Below, piece by piece: positions 11,101 to 20,794 of a stretch of 38,178 nucleotides of DNA (the first letter of the stretch is position 1; each line of letters begins with the position of its first letter). The notes below the pieces were generated by a model. That model searched no databases. It was not told the origin of the DNA and saw nothing but the letters and a program-made list of their open reading frames with translations. The stretch comes from a virus (lineage: Duplodnaviria; Heunggongvirae; Uroviricota; Caudoviricetes): the IMG/VR virus record IMGVR_UViG_3300029468_000001. One strand, 5' to 3'. Both the position numbers and the translations under genes were made by a program.

Positions 11101-13358
11101 GGATTCAAGATTATAATGAAAAAGTCAAGAAATCTGCGGATTTAAGCAAGAAACTTCGGATAGAGCAGGAAGCTTTGGATAAAGCAACAAGCGAAGCAGC
11201 ACAATCTCAGGCAGAATACGCACAGTCTATCGTAGAAAATGCAAAGAAGAAACTTGAGAATATTGCAAACTATTATGATTCCTTTACTTCTCAATGGGAA
11301 AACAGGAACTCTATGTATGAAGCATACATGGATAGGATGCAGACACAAGGTTACAATCTGAGTACGAAATTCTATGAAGCAGAGATTGGACAGCAACAGA
11401 AAATTGTTGACAATCTGTCTCAGAAATATATCGCAATGAAGCGCAACTTTGCACAGGCGGTGCAGGATGGTACAATTAAAGAAGGTACGGAAGAATACTA
11501 TGAGATGCAGAATGAGATTGATCAGGTTGCGATCAGTCTTAAAGAAGCACAAAACAAAGTGGTTGAGTTCCAGGCGGCAATCCGTGACCTTAAATGGGAA
11601 CAGTTTGACCAGTTGCAGGAAGCCATCGGTCGTATTACTAGTGAGTCAGATTTTCTTATTGACCTTATGAGCCATAAGGATATGTATGACAAAGATGGTA
11701 AGATGACGGAACAAGGTCTTGCTACTATGGGATTACATGGTGTCAACTACAATACTTATATGGCGCAAGCAGATAAATATAAGGAAGAAATGTTGAAAAT
11801 CAGCAAGGAACTTGCAAACGATCCTAACAATCAGAAACTTATTGACCGTAAAAATGAACTGATTGATGCACAGCAACAAGCTATCTTATCTGCTGAAAAT
11901 GAAAAAGATTCTATCAAAGATTTGATTCAGGACGGTATTGATAAACAGTTGGATGCTCTGGATGATTTGATTGACAAGTATCTTGATGTACTTGACAGTG
12001 AAAAAGACCTTTATGAGTACAGAAAGAAGATTGGTGAGCAGTCAGAAAAGATTGCTTCTCTACAGAAACAATTATCTTCTCTGCAAGGTGATAATTCCGA
12101 AGAGAATAAAGCGAAGTTGCAGAAACTCAAAGAGGATTTGAAATCTGCACAGGATGATATGGAAGAAACTCAGTATGACAAATACATTTCTGACCAGAAG
12201 AAACTTCTTGATGAACTCAAGCAGGACTACAAGAAAGCTCTTGATGACAGAATGGATAATGTTGACGTATTGATTTCTGATGCTATTGCAAGTATCAATA
12301 GTAATTCATCTAATATTTCTCAGACATTACAGACAGAATCTCAGAAGGTTGGATATACATTATCTGGCGAGATGCAGACTATCTGGACAAGTCAGAGTGG
12401 TGTTATCTCTCAGTACGGTGATGATTTCTCTAGTAAATTAACAGGTGTTAATTCTGCTATTGAAAATGTCTATAATCGACAGAAAGATATGATTGACGCT
12501 ATTAATGCTATGGCTGAAAAATGGATTGCTAAAGCAGATCAGATGTTACAGCAACCTACTAAAACAGAAGGAGTTCTTGAAGAAGTAGAGCAAAAACCAG
12601 ATAAAGATAATGTTGCAGAAGGAAATCCTACACCAGACCCGCCAAAAGTCAGTGATAAGGATTCTATTAAGGACGCTGTGTTGGTTGATCCTGATGAACC
12701 AAAGAAGAAGCCAAATAAAACCAATGAAACAAAGACAGGTAACGGCAAAGCCGAAGTAGGCGATAAAGTTACTTTCTCTTCTGGTAGATATTACGAAGCA
12801 TCCGATGGTTCTGGTGCATCTGGTAATATGTATCTTGGCAAGAAAGTTAAGATTACACGAATCAATAAGGGTTCCAAATATCCATATGCTATTGATGCTA
12901 CAGATGGCACTGAACTTGGATGGGTAAAACTCAATCAGTTGAAAGGTTATGCTTCTGGTATTATGAGAGTTTCGAATGACCAGTTAGCTTGGACACAGGA
13001 ACAAGGTGAAGAAGCTATTGTCAGAAATGATGGTAGTATTCTGACTCCATTGACTAGGGATGTGTCTGTACTGAATGCAGATATGACTAAGAACTTATGG
13101 GACTTCATGGGTAATCCTGGTTCATTCTTGAGTGATTATAGTGATGGCGAGAAGTTTGGTGTGAAGAATGTTGATAATTCTAGTAGTGTTGATGTTGGCG
13201 GTGTTACAATTCAGTGTAATATGCCTAATGTACAAAATGCAAATGATTTATTACATGAACTCACAACAAATAAGGATATTGAGAAAGCTATTTGTGCAAT
13301 GACCATAGGTAGAGCTATGGGTGGAAGTTCCTTAGCTAAATATAAGTATAGAGTTTAA
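5199..13358 (+). CDS. tail tape measure protein (possibly the 3' part of a split gene)
   Basis: 2719 aa, Ala/Gln/Lys/Glu-rich helical composition, directly upstream of Dit/Tal-like genes. Two 'V(N/Q)E.G.E.IVR.DG'-like TMP motifs and a C-terminal SH3-like segment (KITRINKG..YPY...LGWV). Confidence 0.85.
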   Translation: MQNKIATNNTLKTVSGLMASQYRAGNAPNVDAVLRDANASNYFKRTYGAYIGNYIHELDQKNNVDKAALSSTENLTAAIQRQGGTVPVVTSKWDAFKTGLKDAGSVFKASAINIGANLAVSATIQGIATAFDYVSNKQERAIESGDEVIQNYKDINEQMAQSSSWIETNGEKYTTLSKGVSSLGTNLGLTNEEYAEYQELASQIATQFPELVSGYDSLGKPIIKAATDVDTLKATLKTQKVNQYTESVKNAKDVIDKLNAEVNQDKNWFWEEAGTDQQLQSLEKFQSAYENAFKNKGGNKFLDLNQWLDDGNFVDALDNAGVSVKDFGKLINELNDSQGKLKANSDTNDFLNTIIGSQESLRNQRENSADELKSYIPAFFQEQRAYQNLLDDVPSIESELTSLINSFSYEDLEKNGFTGDKAISKLKSWSQSAVKELKDKDVQDALNDVFTINDDSSKQSFDSWQKEADATLDKASEKTKSFSREQMREASGIKDQWEELRGIQTKVAERWDDTTGIKSRDLSIEDLETLGTMLSDTQYDGQSFEEMVDQIQNVQDTSRLTLENMQKVVTDTTANLSTLQSATSEASSVTGLTADTITSMDGMFSDIDNFDSAALFKNTANGVKLNTKALSSLLAVQHDIKANDFTRSIEEQTKAIAEQNDVVQAQTKGTDAYKTEQDKLKSMFADLSALQQAQSQYHALYKQQQELFSDYGQWQQAQSTANAGDKYNNMVSGLQAAKDAWDKGLIGTDDFKSFAKLISPSGATDDVNFAENYSKAARYLTEDESGVKAFLNDLSSKGLADFNEESQQWSYNVKDMAEAAKQMGMGKDFMSNMFGRLEDYGFHNNVISDAEDGVLKLSDAYSNLAESEARLEDLKKNDPTNTTAIEQAEKEVSGYKQDIDELGINLKEVASHTAENYNRELETAKNQMKTLADERERILKSNEYGDNTQAVADYMQSQIDQLGQNYGLDSSTLQQQAEQAAKAYSDALQNATIENPVTPDFGEDTASADAYASAVDKVQQANKDNNQTLSDSIKTLQQYNSEQIKGIDLLDGAYDSDELKPAEQALDNICQSLGLTNEEAGMLGQVLESMGIIKPEVDDSEVKQAKTDAEEIKQTYDNLGDSTVSINADVSGEDSVASFVDQCSSIQQGMTTTITATVSGESEVESLESGLEQIPDNTPTTVDVTVNNQQDLDNIQSKVDSLNAGGKDITLNAHIKPDSDSEVEVKAKDTTVKVTPDPKEVEVTAKPVKVDVQPSQKEVGVSAKVTNKPNATSQGTINYKKGSVEKADGTTSQGIINYKKGDVEKADGTVSTGIINYDLGNVAKPNGMVATGVINYALGSVAKPGKAAGTFGQSRAYAQGSLTDLSAYAGGRVSLPKDEKALVNEVGTESIVRDGQWSLIPGGAHLTNLKKGDIIFSASQTEDLLRNGATPGHARAYAQGSLSDISLAHAFGGGSGWGGFGGGLSNKTSVSSGSSDTPATQQHTSAVQKDTDATKSNTKSAKDSTETFDWVKTKLDKFSKAVERISNQITDYISSAFKTVLLKRQVKAVEKQIKANEHGYTVYMNKANSIGISDDYKNKVINGALSVEDIDTSTDTGKQLAKDVKNFQTYYNSAQDCKDTIQELNNKLLELYETIVNMPTEKAEKKIDRLKTKLESLNAVSDTVSLGGSAIAAMQNQIKVNIPGLGNAQKKLDKAETARNATKKTRAKASKTLKSATADAESTGDTLIKASEKQTKSIGKKLKSAAKSSTNKATYNAIAQAIREGKAVNTKGLKGSALKYAKSYNSSLKQGNTIASKIKAGKTVKTSGMSNILKSTAQAYNADAKEKASAQKVYDNAKKADEKALNDLIKAQKNKDKLYAGSTKEQQILATTKGKKSYVYQNMLLTQETKNLKEQNKQRQKALKETRDSYMKAKSKYDTADADKTKSQNKLLNNKTVMSKLNKTQQKALKAGKTVSTKGITDPKVLKWIQDYNEKVKKSADLSKKLRIEQEALDKATSEAAQSQAEYAQSIVENAKKKLENIANYYDSFTSQWENRNSMYEAYMDRMQTQGYNLSTKFYEAEIGQQQKIVDNLSQKYIAMKRNFAQAVQDGTIKEGTEEYYEMQNEIDQVAISLKEAQNKVVEFQAAIRDLKWEQFDQLQEAIGRITSESDFLIDLMSHKDMYDKDGKMTEQGLATMGLHGVNYNTYMAQADKYKEEMLKISKELANDPNNQKLIDRKNELIDAQQQAILSAENEKDSIKDLIQDGIDKQLDALDDLIDKYLDVLDSEKDLYEYRKKIGEQSEKIASLQKQLSSLQGDNSEENKAKLQKLKEDLKSAQDDMEETQYDKYISDQKKLLDELKQDYKKALDDRMDNVDVLISDAIASINSNSSNISQTLQTESQKVGYTLSGEMQTIWTSQSGVISQYGDDFSSKLTGVNSAIENVYNRQKDMIDAINAMAEKWIAKADQMLQQPTKTEGVLEEVEQKPDKDNVAEGNPTPDPPKVSDKDSIKDAVLVDPDEPKKKPNKTNETKTGNGKAEVGDKVTFSSGRYYEASDGSGASGNMYLGKKVKITRINKGSKYPYAIDATDGTELGWVKLNQLKGYASGIMRVSNDQLAWTQEQGEEAIVRNDGSILTPLTRDVSVLNADMTKNLWDFMGNPGSFLSDYSDGEKFGVKNVDNSSSVDVGGVTIQCNMPNVQNANDLLHELTTNKDIEKAICAMTIGRAMGGSSLAKYKYRV
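9012..9239 (+). repeat. four degenerate 57-bp (19-aa) tandem repeats inside the tape measure
   Basis: TSQGTINYKKGSVEKADGT / TSQGIINYKKGDVEKADGT / VSTGIINYDLGNVAKPNGM / VATGVINYALGSVAKPGKA. Confidence 0.85.
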
Positions 13359-13362
13359 TTTT

Positions 13363-13398
13363 AGGGAACTGCTCTTTCATCGGAGTAGTTCCTTTTTA
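13363..13398 (+). terminator. Rho-independent terminator after the tape measure
   Basis: AGGGAACTGCTC...GAGTAGTTCCT stem followed by a T-run. Confidence 0.7.
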
Positions 13399-13415
13399 TG
13401 GAAAGAGGTAATTGA

Positions 13416-13736
13416 ATGTCAGATAAAACTGTACAAGATTTACTTGATAAAAGTATAAAACAAGATGTTGCAAAACAACAACAAAATAAGATTCAAAAAT
13501 TGCAGGAAAAAGTAAAAGATATAGAGCAGAATAAATCTGATCAAATATCCGATATGGACAAAAAATATCTTAATGATCTTAAACATCAGTGGAATGAACT
13601 TTTTATTGAAACTGTAAAAGTTAAAACACAGTATGAGTTACTTATTCAAGATGTAAAACTGATGAAAGAAATTACACTTGCAATTAATAAAGGTGACACA
13701 TGGAAATATAAACTTGCCAGATGGCTTGTTAGATAA
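13416..13736 (+). CDS. hypothetical coiled-coil protein
   Basis: ORF track, GAGGT RBS. Confidence 0.7.
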   Translation: MSDKTVQDLLDKSIKQDVAKQQQNKIQKLQEKVKDIEQNKSDQISDMDKKYLNDLKHQWNELFIETVKVKTQYELLIQDVKLMKEITLAINKGDTWKYKLARWLVR

Positions 13737-13766
13737 ATAGAAAATAAATGGTAAAGGTGGTGAAGT

Positions 13767-14576
13767 ATGAAAGCATTAGATTTTGAATATGATGGAACTT
13801 TAGCTTCAAGCAAAGGAATTGTAGTTTGTTCATTTGATTCAAGTGATGATGAAACAGTGGATTATGGTTCTAAGATAAATTTTGACGTAACATCTATGAG
13901 AAATGGGAAAGAATTTGTCCTAGTTAATTCTGGATATGATGAAGCAGGTGAATTTACTTTCCAAATTTGTAAAGATCCTTATATGAAATTAAATCGAGGG
14001 AATAAATATTTCACTACTAATGAACAACGCTTTGTATATAGATGGCTTAATAGAAACGATGGGTTTCACATTTTAAAAATAATCACATCTGAAAATCAAA
14101 CTATGTTATTTAAAGGAAGTTTTAATATTGAAACAATTGAATTTTGTGGAAAAGTAATTGGTTTTGAATTAACCTTTACGATGGGGAAACCATTTGCAAC
14201 ACAAGATTGTAAAACAATCACACATATATTTAAGGCAAATGAACAATTCACTATCATAGATGAATCAGATGATATAGGCTATATTTACCCTGATATACAG
14301 ATTAAATGTCTTTCAAGTGGTGATTTAAAAATTACAAATTCTATCGAAAACCGTACAACAATAATTAAGAATTGTTCTACAAATGAGGTTGTTTCTGTTG
14401 ATGAGAATTTGAACATATCTACTTCTCTCTCATCTCATAAATTATATAATGATTTTAATTTTATATTCTTTAGAATTGCAAATTCTTATGAGAATAATCA
14501 AAATATCATTTCTGTAAATATCCCATGTGAAATTACAATTAAATACTATCCTGTTGCGAAAGGAGTTGGACTTTAA
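13767..14576 (+). CDS. distal tail (Dit-like) baseplate protein
   Basis: Lies between TMP and tail spike; 'DFEYDG..AS..GIV' start, 'YPDIQIK', 'N.ISV..PC.ITIKY' end. Confidence 0.7.
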   Translation: MKALDFEYDGTLASSKGIVVCSFDSSDDETVDYGSKINFDVTSMRNGKEFVLVNSGYDEAGEFTFQICKDPYMKLNRGNKYFTTNEQRFVYRWLNRNDGFHILKIITSENQTMLFKGSFNIETIEFCGKVIGFELTFTMGKPFATQDCKTITHIFKANEQFTIIDESDDIGYIYPDIQIKCLSSGDLKITNSIENRTTIIKNCSTNEVVSVDENLNISTSLSSHKLYNDFNFIFFRIANSYENNQNIISVNIPCEITIKYYPVAKGVGL

Positions 14577-14578
14577 GA

Positions 14579-17500
14579 ATGAATATACATAAATTAAGAA
14601 TGGACACCTCTGGCAACGTAGAGGATATTAGTTTTGTTCTTGCTAAGAAAAACGGTGATAAACTTGGCAACATTGTAAACGTGGATAATATTGTTGCAAA
14701 ACATTCCATGAAAGAAGCATCAGATATTACATTTGTTGCATATAAGAAAATGAATGATAATATCATTACATGTTGGAATGATATTAAAGATTTTAAATTG
14801 GTTTGGATTCCTGAGTGGGATATGTGGTATGAAATTACCGTAGAAGTAAATGAAAAAGATGAAAATATCAAGAAAGTTTCTGGTAAAACTTTAGGTGAAG
14901 CAGAATTATCTCAAATTATGTTATATGGAATTGAGATTAATACGGACACAGATATCGCTAGAGAAGACTATAAAATACCCACAACATTTTATAATCCAGA
15001 TCATCCAGAAGCTTCATTGATGGATAGATTACTCACAGATAAAGCACCACATTATAAAGTTAAACACATTGATAAAAGTTTGATGAACTTACAGAGAACT
15101 TTCACATTTGATGATACATCAATTTATGATGCACTTCAAGAAGTTTCAGAAGAACTTGATTGTTTATTTATATTCGGATGTGGTTCTGATGAAAATGGAA
15201 AGCCAGAAAGAACAATTTCTGTATATGATTTAGAAGCAAATTGTGTAGATTGTGGAAATAGAGATACATTTGTTCATAAATGTCCGAAATGCGGAAGCAC
15301 AAATATCATATTAGGATATGGAGAATATACAAATGTATTCATTTCAAGAGATAATCTTGCTGATGAGATTACATATTCTGTTGATACTGATTCTGTAAAG
15401 AACTGCATGAAACTTGAAGCAGGTGATGATTTAATGACCGCTGCTATTCGATCATGTAATCCTAATGGAACAGATTATATCTACTACTTCCCAGATGAAA
15501 CAAGAGAAGAAATGTCACCAGAATTGCAAGAAAAATTAAAGTCTTATGATGCCTTATATGAAAAGTATCAATCTGATTATAATTTTACTATAAATGATTC
15601 TTTTGTGACAAATTATAATTCACTTGTAAATAAATATAAAACTTATGAAGAAAGTTTAAAAGATACAGAGATTAAGAATCCTATTACGGGCTATCCAAAA
15701 TTGATGCGTATTTATTTTGATACAATTGATATGGCACAACTTTTAAGAAATAAGTTAATGCCACCAGTCGATAAACCAGATAATAACGCAAAATCACAGG
15801 GCGAATATTTGATGGCTAATCTCCCATCTTCTGCTTCTACTACTTCTCTTAAAAATCTTTCTGTGTCTACTGCTGATAATATTATGGTTATGTTGGCACA
15901 ATCTATTGTCAAAGGTGTTTTCAAAGTCACAGTTACAAATACTACATTGTCTAATAATGTATGGAAGGGTAAGTTTAACTTAGAGAATTATGCCGATAAA
16001 GATGATAAATTTACTTCTCAATTTGTATCAATCAGCATTAATGAAAACTATGAGTCATATGTAAAACAACGTATAGATTCTATTCTTGCTCGTTCAGATG
16101 AAAATTATTACGATATTGTAGGATTATTCAAACAAGATATGACTGTGTTTAAATCACAGTTGAAAAAGTATTGTTTAAATACTTTACAGATATTTCAAAA
16201 GTGCTGTCAATCTTGTATTGATATGATGGTACAACAAGGAATTTCTTCAAACAGTACATCAAGTATATATGGAATAAATACAAAAGTTCTGTATGAGAAT
16301 GTATATATTCCTTATTATAATAAGATGAATGCAATTCAAGATGAGATTAAAGTACGTGAAGATGAATTGTATACTGTTGAAGGAAAATATAATAATCAGA
16401 ATCAACTTGTACAAGATGGTATTCAGATTGAAATTGAAAGAATCATCACAGAAGTACAAGATGCACTGAATTTTAAAAATTACATTGGGATTGATTTATA
16501 TAAAGAATTCAGTTCATTTATTCGTATGGATAAGTTTTCTAACGATAATTACATTTCTGATGGACTTAATAATACAGATTTAATGAAAAATGCAATTGAG
16601 TTTATTACAGTTGCTACAAAAGAATTATTTAAGTCTGCTTCTCTCCAACATTCTATCACAGGAACAATTAAGAATTTCTTACGAATGAAAGAATTTGAAC
16701 CTGTGACAAATAACTTTAAAAATGGTAACTGGATTTGTGTTGGAATTGACGATAAGGTATATCAATTAAGAATTATCGAATATGAAATTGATTTTTCTGA
16801 CACGCAAAATATTAGCGTAACATTTTCTGATGTTGTTTCTACATCAAATCAAGTATTCGACATGGAAAGTATTTTAGCAAATTCTTCTAAGATGGCTACA
16901 TCTTACAATGGCGTAACTAGACAGTCTACTATCAACACTAATTTTAAGAATAAAATGAACGAAATGATTGCTAAAGGTTTAAGTATGACCAATACAAAAA
17001 TCGTTAGCAATGCAGATAACCAGGATATCACATGGGACGAGCATGGATTATTATGTCGTGAGTATGATGATATTATTTCTGATTATACTGATTCACAGTT
17101 AAAAATTATCAATCATGGAATTTATATCACTGACGATAATTGGAAAACTGCAAGAGCTGGTATTGGTAATTTTATTTATTACGACCCAAAAGATAAGACT
17201 TATAAAGAAAGCTATGGTGTTATTGCTGATACTCTTGTGAGTAATTTAATTCTTACAAGTGAAGTAGGTATTTACAATGAAGAAAAGTCTATTGAAATGG
17301 CTAAAGATGGAATCATTGTGACTACTAACACGATGAATAAGAACGTATTTACGATTCGTAAGGAAATTACAGATGATGAAGGTAATATAACTTATGAAAG
17401 ACAGTTATATATTGATGATAACGGTAATATCAGATTAGCAGGAAATGCTTCTATCGCATGGGATAGCATTACAGGAACAGAAAATGTTGTTGTGAAAGAT

Positions 17501-20047
17501 ACTCTAAATGAGTTTATGGCTACTGTCAAAGAACAGATTGATGGTAAGATTGAAACATTCAGACAGAGAGATGATCCATCTGTAAATTGGACTGACGAAG
17601 AAAAGAAATCACATGAAAATGATTTGTGGTATGACACTACAAATAATATCGTAAAAATGTGGAATGGTTCTACATGGGATGATTTTACGGGTGATGTGCC
17701 AGAATCAGTTTGGAATGAAATTAATGGTAAAGCACAGATATTTACTGATACTCCAAAAACACCTTATAATAAAGGGGATTTATGGTTTGTTGGTAGTTCT
17801 GGTGACATTCTTACTTGTGTGACTGCAAGAAAAGAATCGGAACAATATAATTCAAGTGACTGGACAAAACAGAATAAGTATACAGATGATACTGTTGCAA
17901 ATGGCGTAAAACAGGACTTATTAAATCTATCAAATATTCTTGGTTATAACGGAACTAAAATTACAGGAACATATATTTATTCTCCTCATATTATTGGTGG
18001 AGAATTATCTATCGGAGATTCTTCTGGCGTTCACGCTAGTATTTCTACAACAGGTAAACTAACAGCTACGGAAGTTGATATTAGTGGTAAGATTAATGCT
18101 ACAGATGGTAGTTTTAGTGGAACTCTTAATGCAGCTAAAGGAACTTTTATGGGTACCTTAAGTGCAGCTAGTGGTAGCTTTACAGGTACACTATCTGGTG
18201 CAACAGGTAGTTTTACAGGTGATATTGTTGCCACTTCTATTTATGCACAAAATGATTATAGGGTATATGCAAGTGGAAAAGATAAATATATAAAAGCAAT
18301 CTGGTGTGGTGATAATTGGGAACCAACAGATGGTATTGCTGATTTATACATGGGAAACCAAGATAAATCATGGATGGAATTTATAGATTTTTCTTCGAGC
18401 ACGATTCAATTCACTAGAAGAACTTCTATAATTTCTCAATATGCAACGACTGCAAAAACTAATCGTTCATCTGTAAGTTGTGTGACAAATCAAGACACTA
18501 CATATGTTCAGCTTCTTACTGTTAGAAATGATGTTCCTGCGGAAGTGAGGTTACAAATTGCGAGTGATAGCGAATTATGTTTTGTCCCAGGTGATGTAAA
18601 TGATAGTACATTGACTTACGATGAATCAATTAAGCTTGGAACAAAAAGCCATAAATGGATGCAAGTTTGGACTAAAAATCTGTATGCAAACGGAGATACA
18701 GTTAGATTCTCTGGAATATCCGCAAAATCTTCGACTAGATATCTTGTTATTGATAGTAGTGGAAATGTTGGATATAGAGATGGTAACGGCGGTGGGGGTG
18801 AATTAGTTCAAGAATATACTGCTGGCGTTGGTATTAAAATTGTAAACAATAAAATTAGTTTAACTGGAACTTCTAAAGATAATTATAGATATGTCAGAAA
18901 CCCTATTGATGGGACACTTCATATGTCTAATGGTTGTGGATGGGATCTTGTTAATACAGATAATAAAGAAGTTACAGGAATTTACTGTAATGGTAGTAAT
19001 GAAGTAATAATAAGCGAAAAAGATTATGATACCATATTACGTGGCTCATCCATACAATTAGGAAACAGCAACACAATTGTTAAGATTCCATATTTGCCAA
19101 ATTATACATCTGCGTCAAAATATCTTGTAGATGATGGTAACGGGAATATAGGTTGGAAAACAATTTCTTCTGGTAGCGGTTCTTCTCTCACAGGTGGATT
19201 GACTATTAAACTAAATGGGACATCGGAAATTAGTTCGTGGAAAGGCGCATCAGATGTCTCTGTGAATATAACGGCAAGTAGCATTGGAGCTGCATCTTCT
19301 AACCATACACATTCACAATATCTTACCTCTCATAAAAATTGGGGATTATCTATTAATGGCTCTACACTTACTCTTGTGTCTGGTGGAAAGAACACAAGTG
19401 TTACTTTACCAACAAGTTCTAGTAGCGGTGGGAATTATGCTCCTTTATATCATACCCATGATTCTATTACAAACGGTACAAATACGCTTAGTATTTCAAA
19501 TGCAATTTATGCTACAGGGGTTAGTTTAGGTCAGGAATCTACTAGATTAAAAAACGCATATTTTACTGGTGAAATAAAATGTAATAGTATATATTATAAT
19601 AAGTTGCAATCTGGATCAGGTTCAGATATTAACCTGAAACACAATATTCATACCTTTGATAAACGAATTGAAGAAGCATATATGGATTTTGAGAGTGTGT
19701 CATTTAACTATAACTATTATAAAGCTTATGATGACGAGGTGGATAATAATACATATTATGGGTTTATTGCGCAACAAATAGAAACGTCTTTAAATAAACA
19801 CAATATATCAAGTGAAACTTCTGGGTTGGTTGGATATTTTCAGTATGATACACCAAACGCAAAAGGATTAACAAAAGAATATTATTTATCTTATTTGCAG
19901 TTCATCTCTCTCAACACTCATATGACACAAAAAGCCCACCGTCGTATTGATTCTCTCACAGAAGAAAATCAAAAACTCAAAAACACTATTCTCTCATTAC
20001 AAGGAGAAATTGCAATCATAAAACAAAAATTGGAGGAATTAGCATGA
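14579..20047 (+). CDS. tail tip/spike (Tal-like) minor structural protein with C-terminal S74-type intramolecular chaperone
   Basis: 1822 aa; C4 zinc ribbon (CVDCG...CPKCG); 11-aa GSFxGTL repeats near 18100-18230; 'SDINLKHNI...YYGFIAQQIE' then a terminal coiled coil. Confidence 0.8.
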   Translation: MNIHKLRMDTSGNVEDISFVLAKKNGDKLGNIVNVDNIVAKHSMKEASDITFVAYKKMNDNIITCWNDIKDFKLVWIPEWDMWYEITVEVNEKDENIKKVSGKTLGEAELSQIMLYGIEINTDTDIAREDYKIPTTFYNPDHPEASLMDRLLTDKAPHYKVKHIDKSLMNLQRTFTFDDTSIYDALQEVSEELDCLFIFGCGSDENGKPERTISVYDLEANCVDCGNRDTFVHKCPKCGSTNIILGYGEYTNVFISRDNLADEITYSVDTDSVKNCMKLEAGDDLMTAAIRSCNPNGTDYIYYFPDETREEMSPELQEKLKSYDALYEKYQSDYNFTINDSFVTNYNSLVNKYKTYEESLKDTEIKNPITGYPKLMRIYFDTIDMAQLLRNKLMPPVDKPDNNAKSQGEYLMANLPSSASTTSLKNLSVSTADNIMVMLAQSIVKGVFKVTVTNTTLSNNVWKGKFNLENYADKDDKFTSQFVSISINENYESYVKQRIDSILARSDENYYDIVGLFKQDMTVFKSQLKKYCLNTLQIFQKCCQSCIDMMVQQGISSNSTSSIYGINTKVLYENVYIPYYNKMNAIQDEIKVREDELYTVEGKYNNQNQLVQDGIQIEIERIITEVQDALNFKNYIGIDLYKEFSSFIRMDKFSNDNYISDGLNNTDLMKNAIEFITVATKELFKSASLQHSITGTIKNFLRMKEFEPVTNNFKNGNWICVGIDDKVYQLRIIEYEIDFSDTQNISVTFSDVVSTSNQVFDMESILANSSKMATSYNGVTRQSTINTNFKNKMNEMIAKGLSMTNTKIVSNADNQDITWDEHGLLCREYDDIISDYTDSQLKIINHGIYITDDNWKTARAGIGNFIYYDPKDKTYKESYGVIADTLVSNLILTSEVGIYNEEKSIEMAKDGIIVTTNTMNKNVFTIRKEITDDEGNITYERQLYIDDNGNIRLAGNASIAWDSITGTENVVVKDTLNEFMATVKEQIDGKIETFRQRDDPSVNWTDEEKKSHENDLWYDTTNNIVKMWNGSTWDDFTGDVPESVWNEINGKAQIFTDTPKTPYNKGDLWFVGSSGDILTCVTARKESEQYNSSDWTKQNKYTDDTVANGVKQDLLNLSNILGYNGTKITGTYIYSPHIIGGELSIGDSSGVHASISTTGKLTATEVDISGKINATDGSFSGTLNAAKGTFMGTLSAASGSFTGTLSGATGSFTGDIVATSIYAQNDYRVYASGKDKYIKAIWCGDNWEPTDGIADLYMGNQDKSWMEFIDFSSSTIQFTRRTSIISQYATTAKTNRSSVSCVTNQDTTYVQLLTVRNDVPAEVRLQIASDSELCFVPGDVNDSTLTYDESIKLGTKSHKWMQVWTKNLYANGDTVRFSGISAKSSTRYLVIDSSGNVGYRDGNGGGGELVQEYTAGVGIKIVNNKISLTGTSKDNYRYVRNPIDGTLHMSNGCGWDLVNTDNKEVTGIYCNGSNEVIISEKDYDTILRGSSIQLGNSNTIVKIPYLPNYTSASKYLVDDGNGNIGWKTISSGSGSSLTGGLTIKLNGTSEISSWKGASDVSVNITASSIGAASSNHTHSQYLTSHKNWGLSINGSTLTLVSGGKNTSVTLPTSSSSGGNYAPLYHTHDSITNGTNTLSISNAIYATGVSLGQESTRLKNAYFTGEIKCNSIYYNKLQSGSGSDINLKHNIHTFDKRIEEAYMDFESVSFNYNYYKAYDDEVDNNTYYGFIAQQIETSLNKHNISSETSGLVGYFQYDTPNAKGLTKEYYLSYLQFISLNTHMTQKAHRRIDSLTEENQKLKNTILSLQGEIAIIKQKLEELA

Positions 20048-20274
20048 TTAAAATTAATACAACAACTAATGTAAGTGCAAATATTTATATTGGTGAAGCA
20101 GAAAATCAAAAGAATGTAGCTTATGCAAATGCATCTGTAAGTAAAAATGGTGATGTTTCTATTAACAAATCTATTCAAGATGGCGAAGCATTCAAAGCAA
20201 ATAAAGAATTAGTTCTGAAAGATTTCACAGAATTTGAAACTTATGTATACAGTTTAGTAGATACCGCTAAATAG
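20044..20274 (+). CDS. small tail-associated hypothetical protein
   Basis: ATGA overlap with the spike gene, GGAGG RBS. Confidence 0.7.
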   Translation: MIKINTTTNVSANIYIGEAENQKNVAYANASVSKNGDVSINKSIQDGEAFKANKELVLKDFTEFETYVYSLVDTAK

Positions 20275-20362
20275 AATATAATCACATAAATTATTACAAC
20301 AGACTATGGATTAATTTCCGTAGTCTGTTGTATTATGAACATAATTAAGGAGAAGAAAATAT

Positions 20363-20794
20363 ATGAAATATAGAAATATTGACGTTGTACAAATTGTAAC
20401 ATTTTTAGATAAAATTTCTGAAAGAAAACTACCACAGAAAATCAATTATGCAATTATGAGAAATCTTGATAACTTTCAAAAAGAAAACCAATTTTATGAA
20501 AAGTCTTTAAATAAAATTATAGAATCATATAAAGATTTTTTAGTAAAAGATTCTGACGGAAATTTTGTTATTTCAAAGTTAGGAATCCCCACAGTTGATG
20601 ATAGTCATATAAAAGATTACAACAATGAAATCTCAGAACTTATCAACCTTGAGGTTGACGTAAAAATTTATCAAGTTCCAGAATCTATTTTTGATTATGA
20701 GGATGCCAATGGAAAATATGATACCTTATCTGGAAGTGAAATTTTAAAGTTGGTCAAGATTTTTGGAGAAACAGATGAGGAAAAGAAAGAATGA
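20363..20794 (+). CDS. hypothetical phage protein
   Basis: ORF track, AAGGAG RBS. Confidence 0.7.
   Translation: MKYRNIDVVQIVTFLDKISERKLPQKINYAIMRNLDNFQKENQFYEKSLNKIIESYKDFLVKDSDGNFVISKLGIPTVDDSHIKDYNNEISELINLEVDVKIYQVPESIFDYEDANGKYDTLSGSEILKLVKIFGETDEEKKE

Noticed and set aside
5924..19529. Many 60-136-aa ORFs nested in the tape-measure, Dit and spike genes
   Set aside because: Antisense or alternative-frame shadows of long genes, with no RBS or recognisable motifs.
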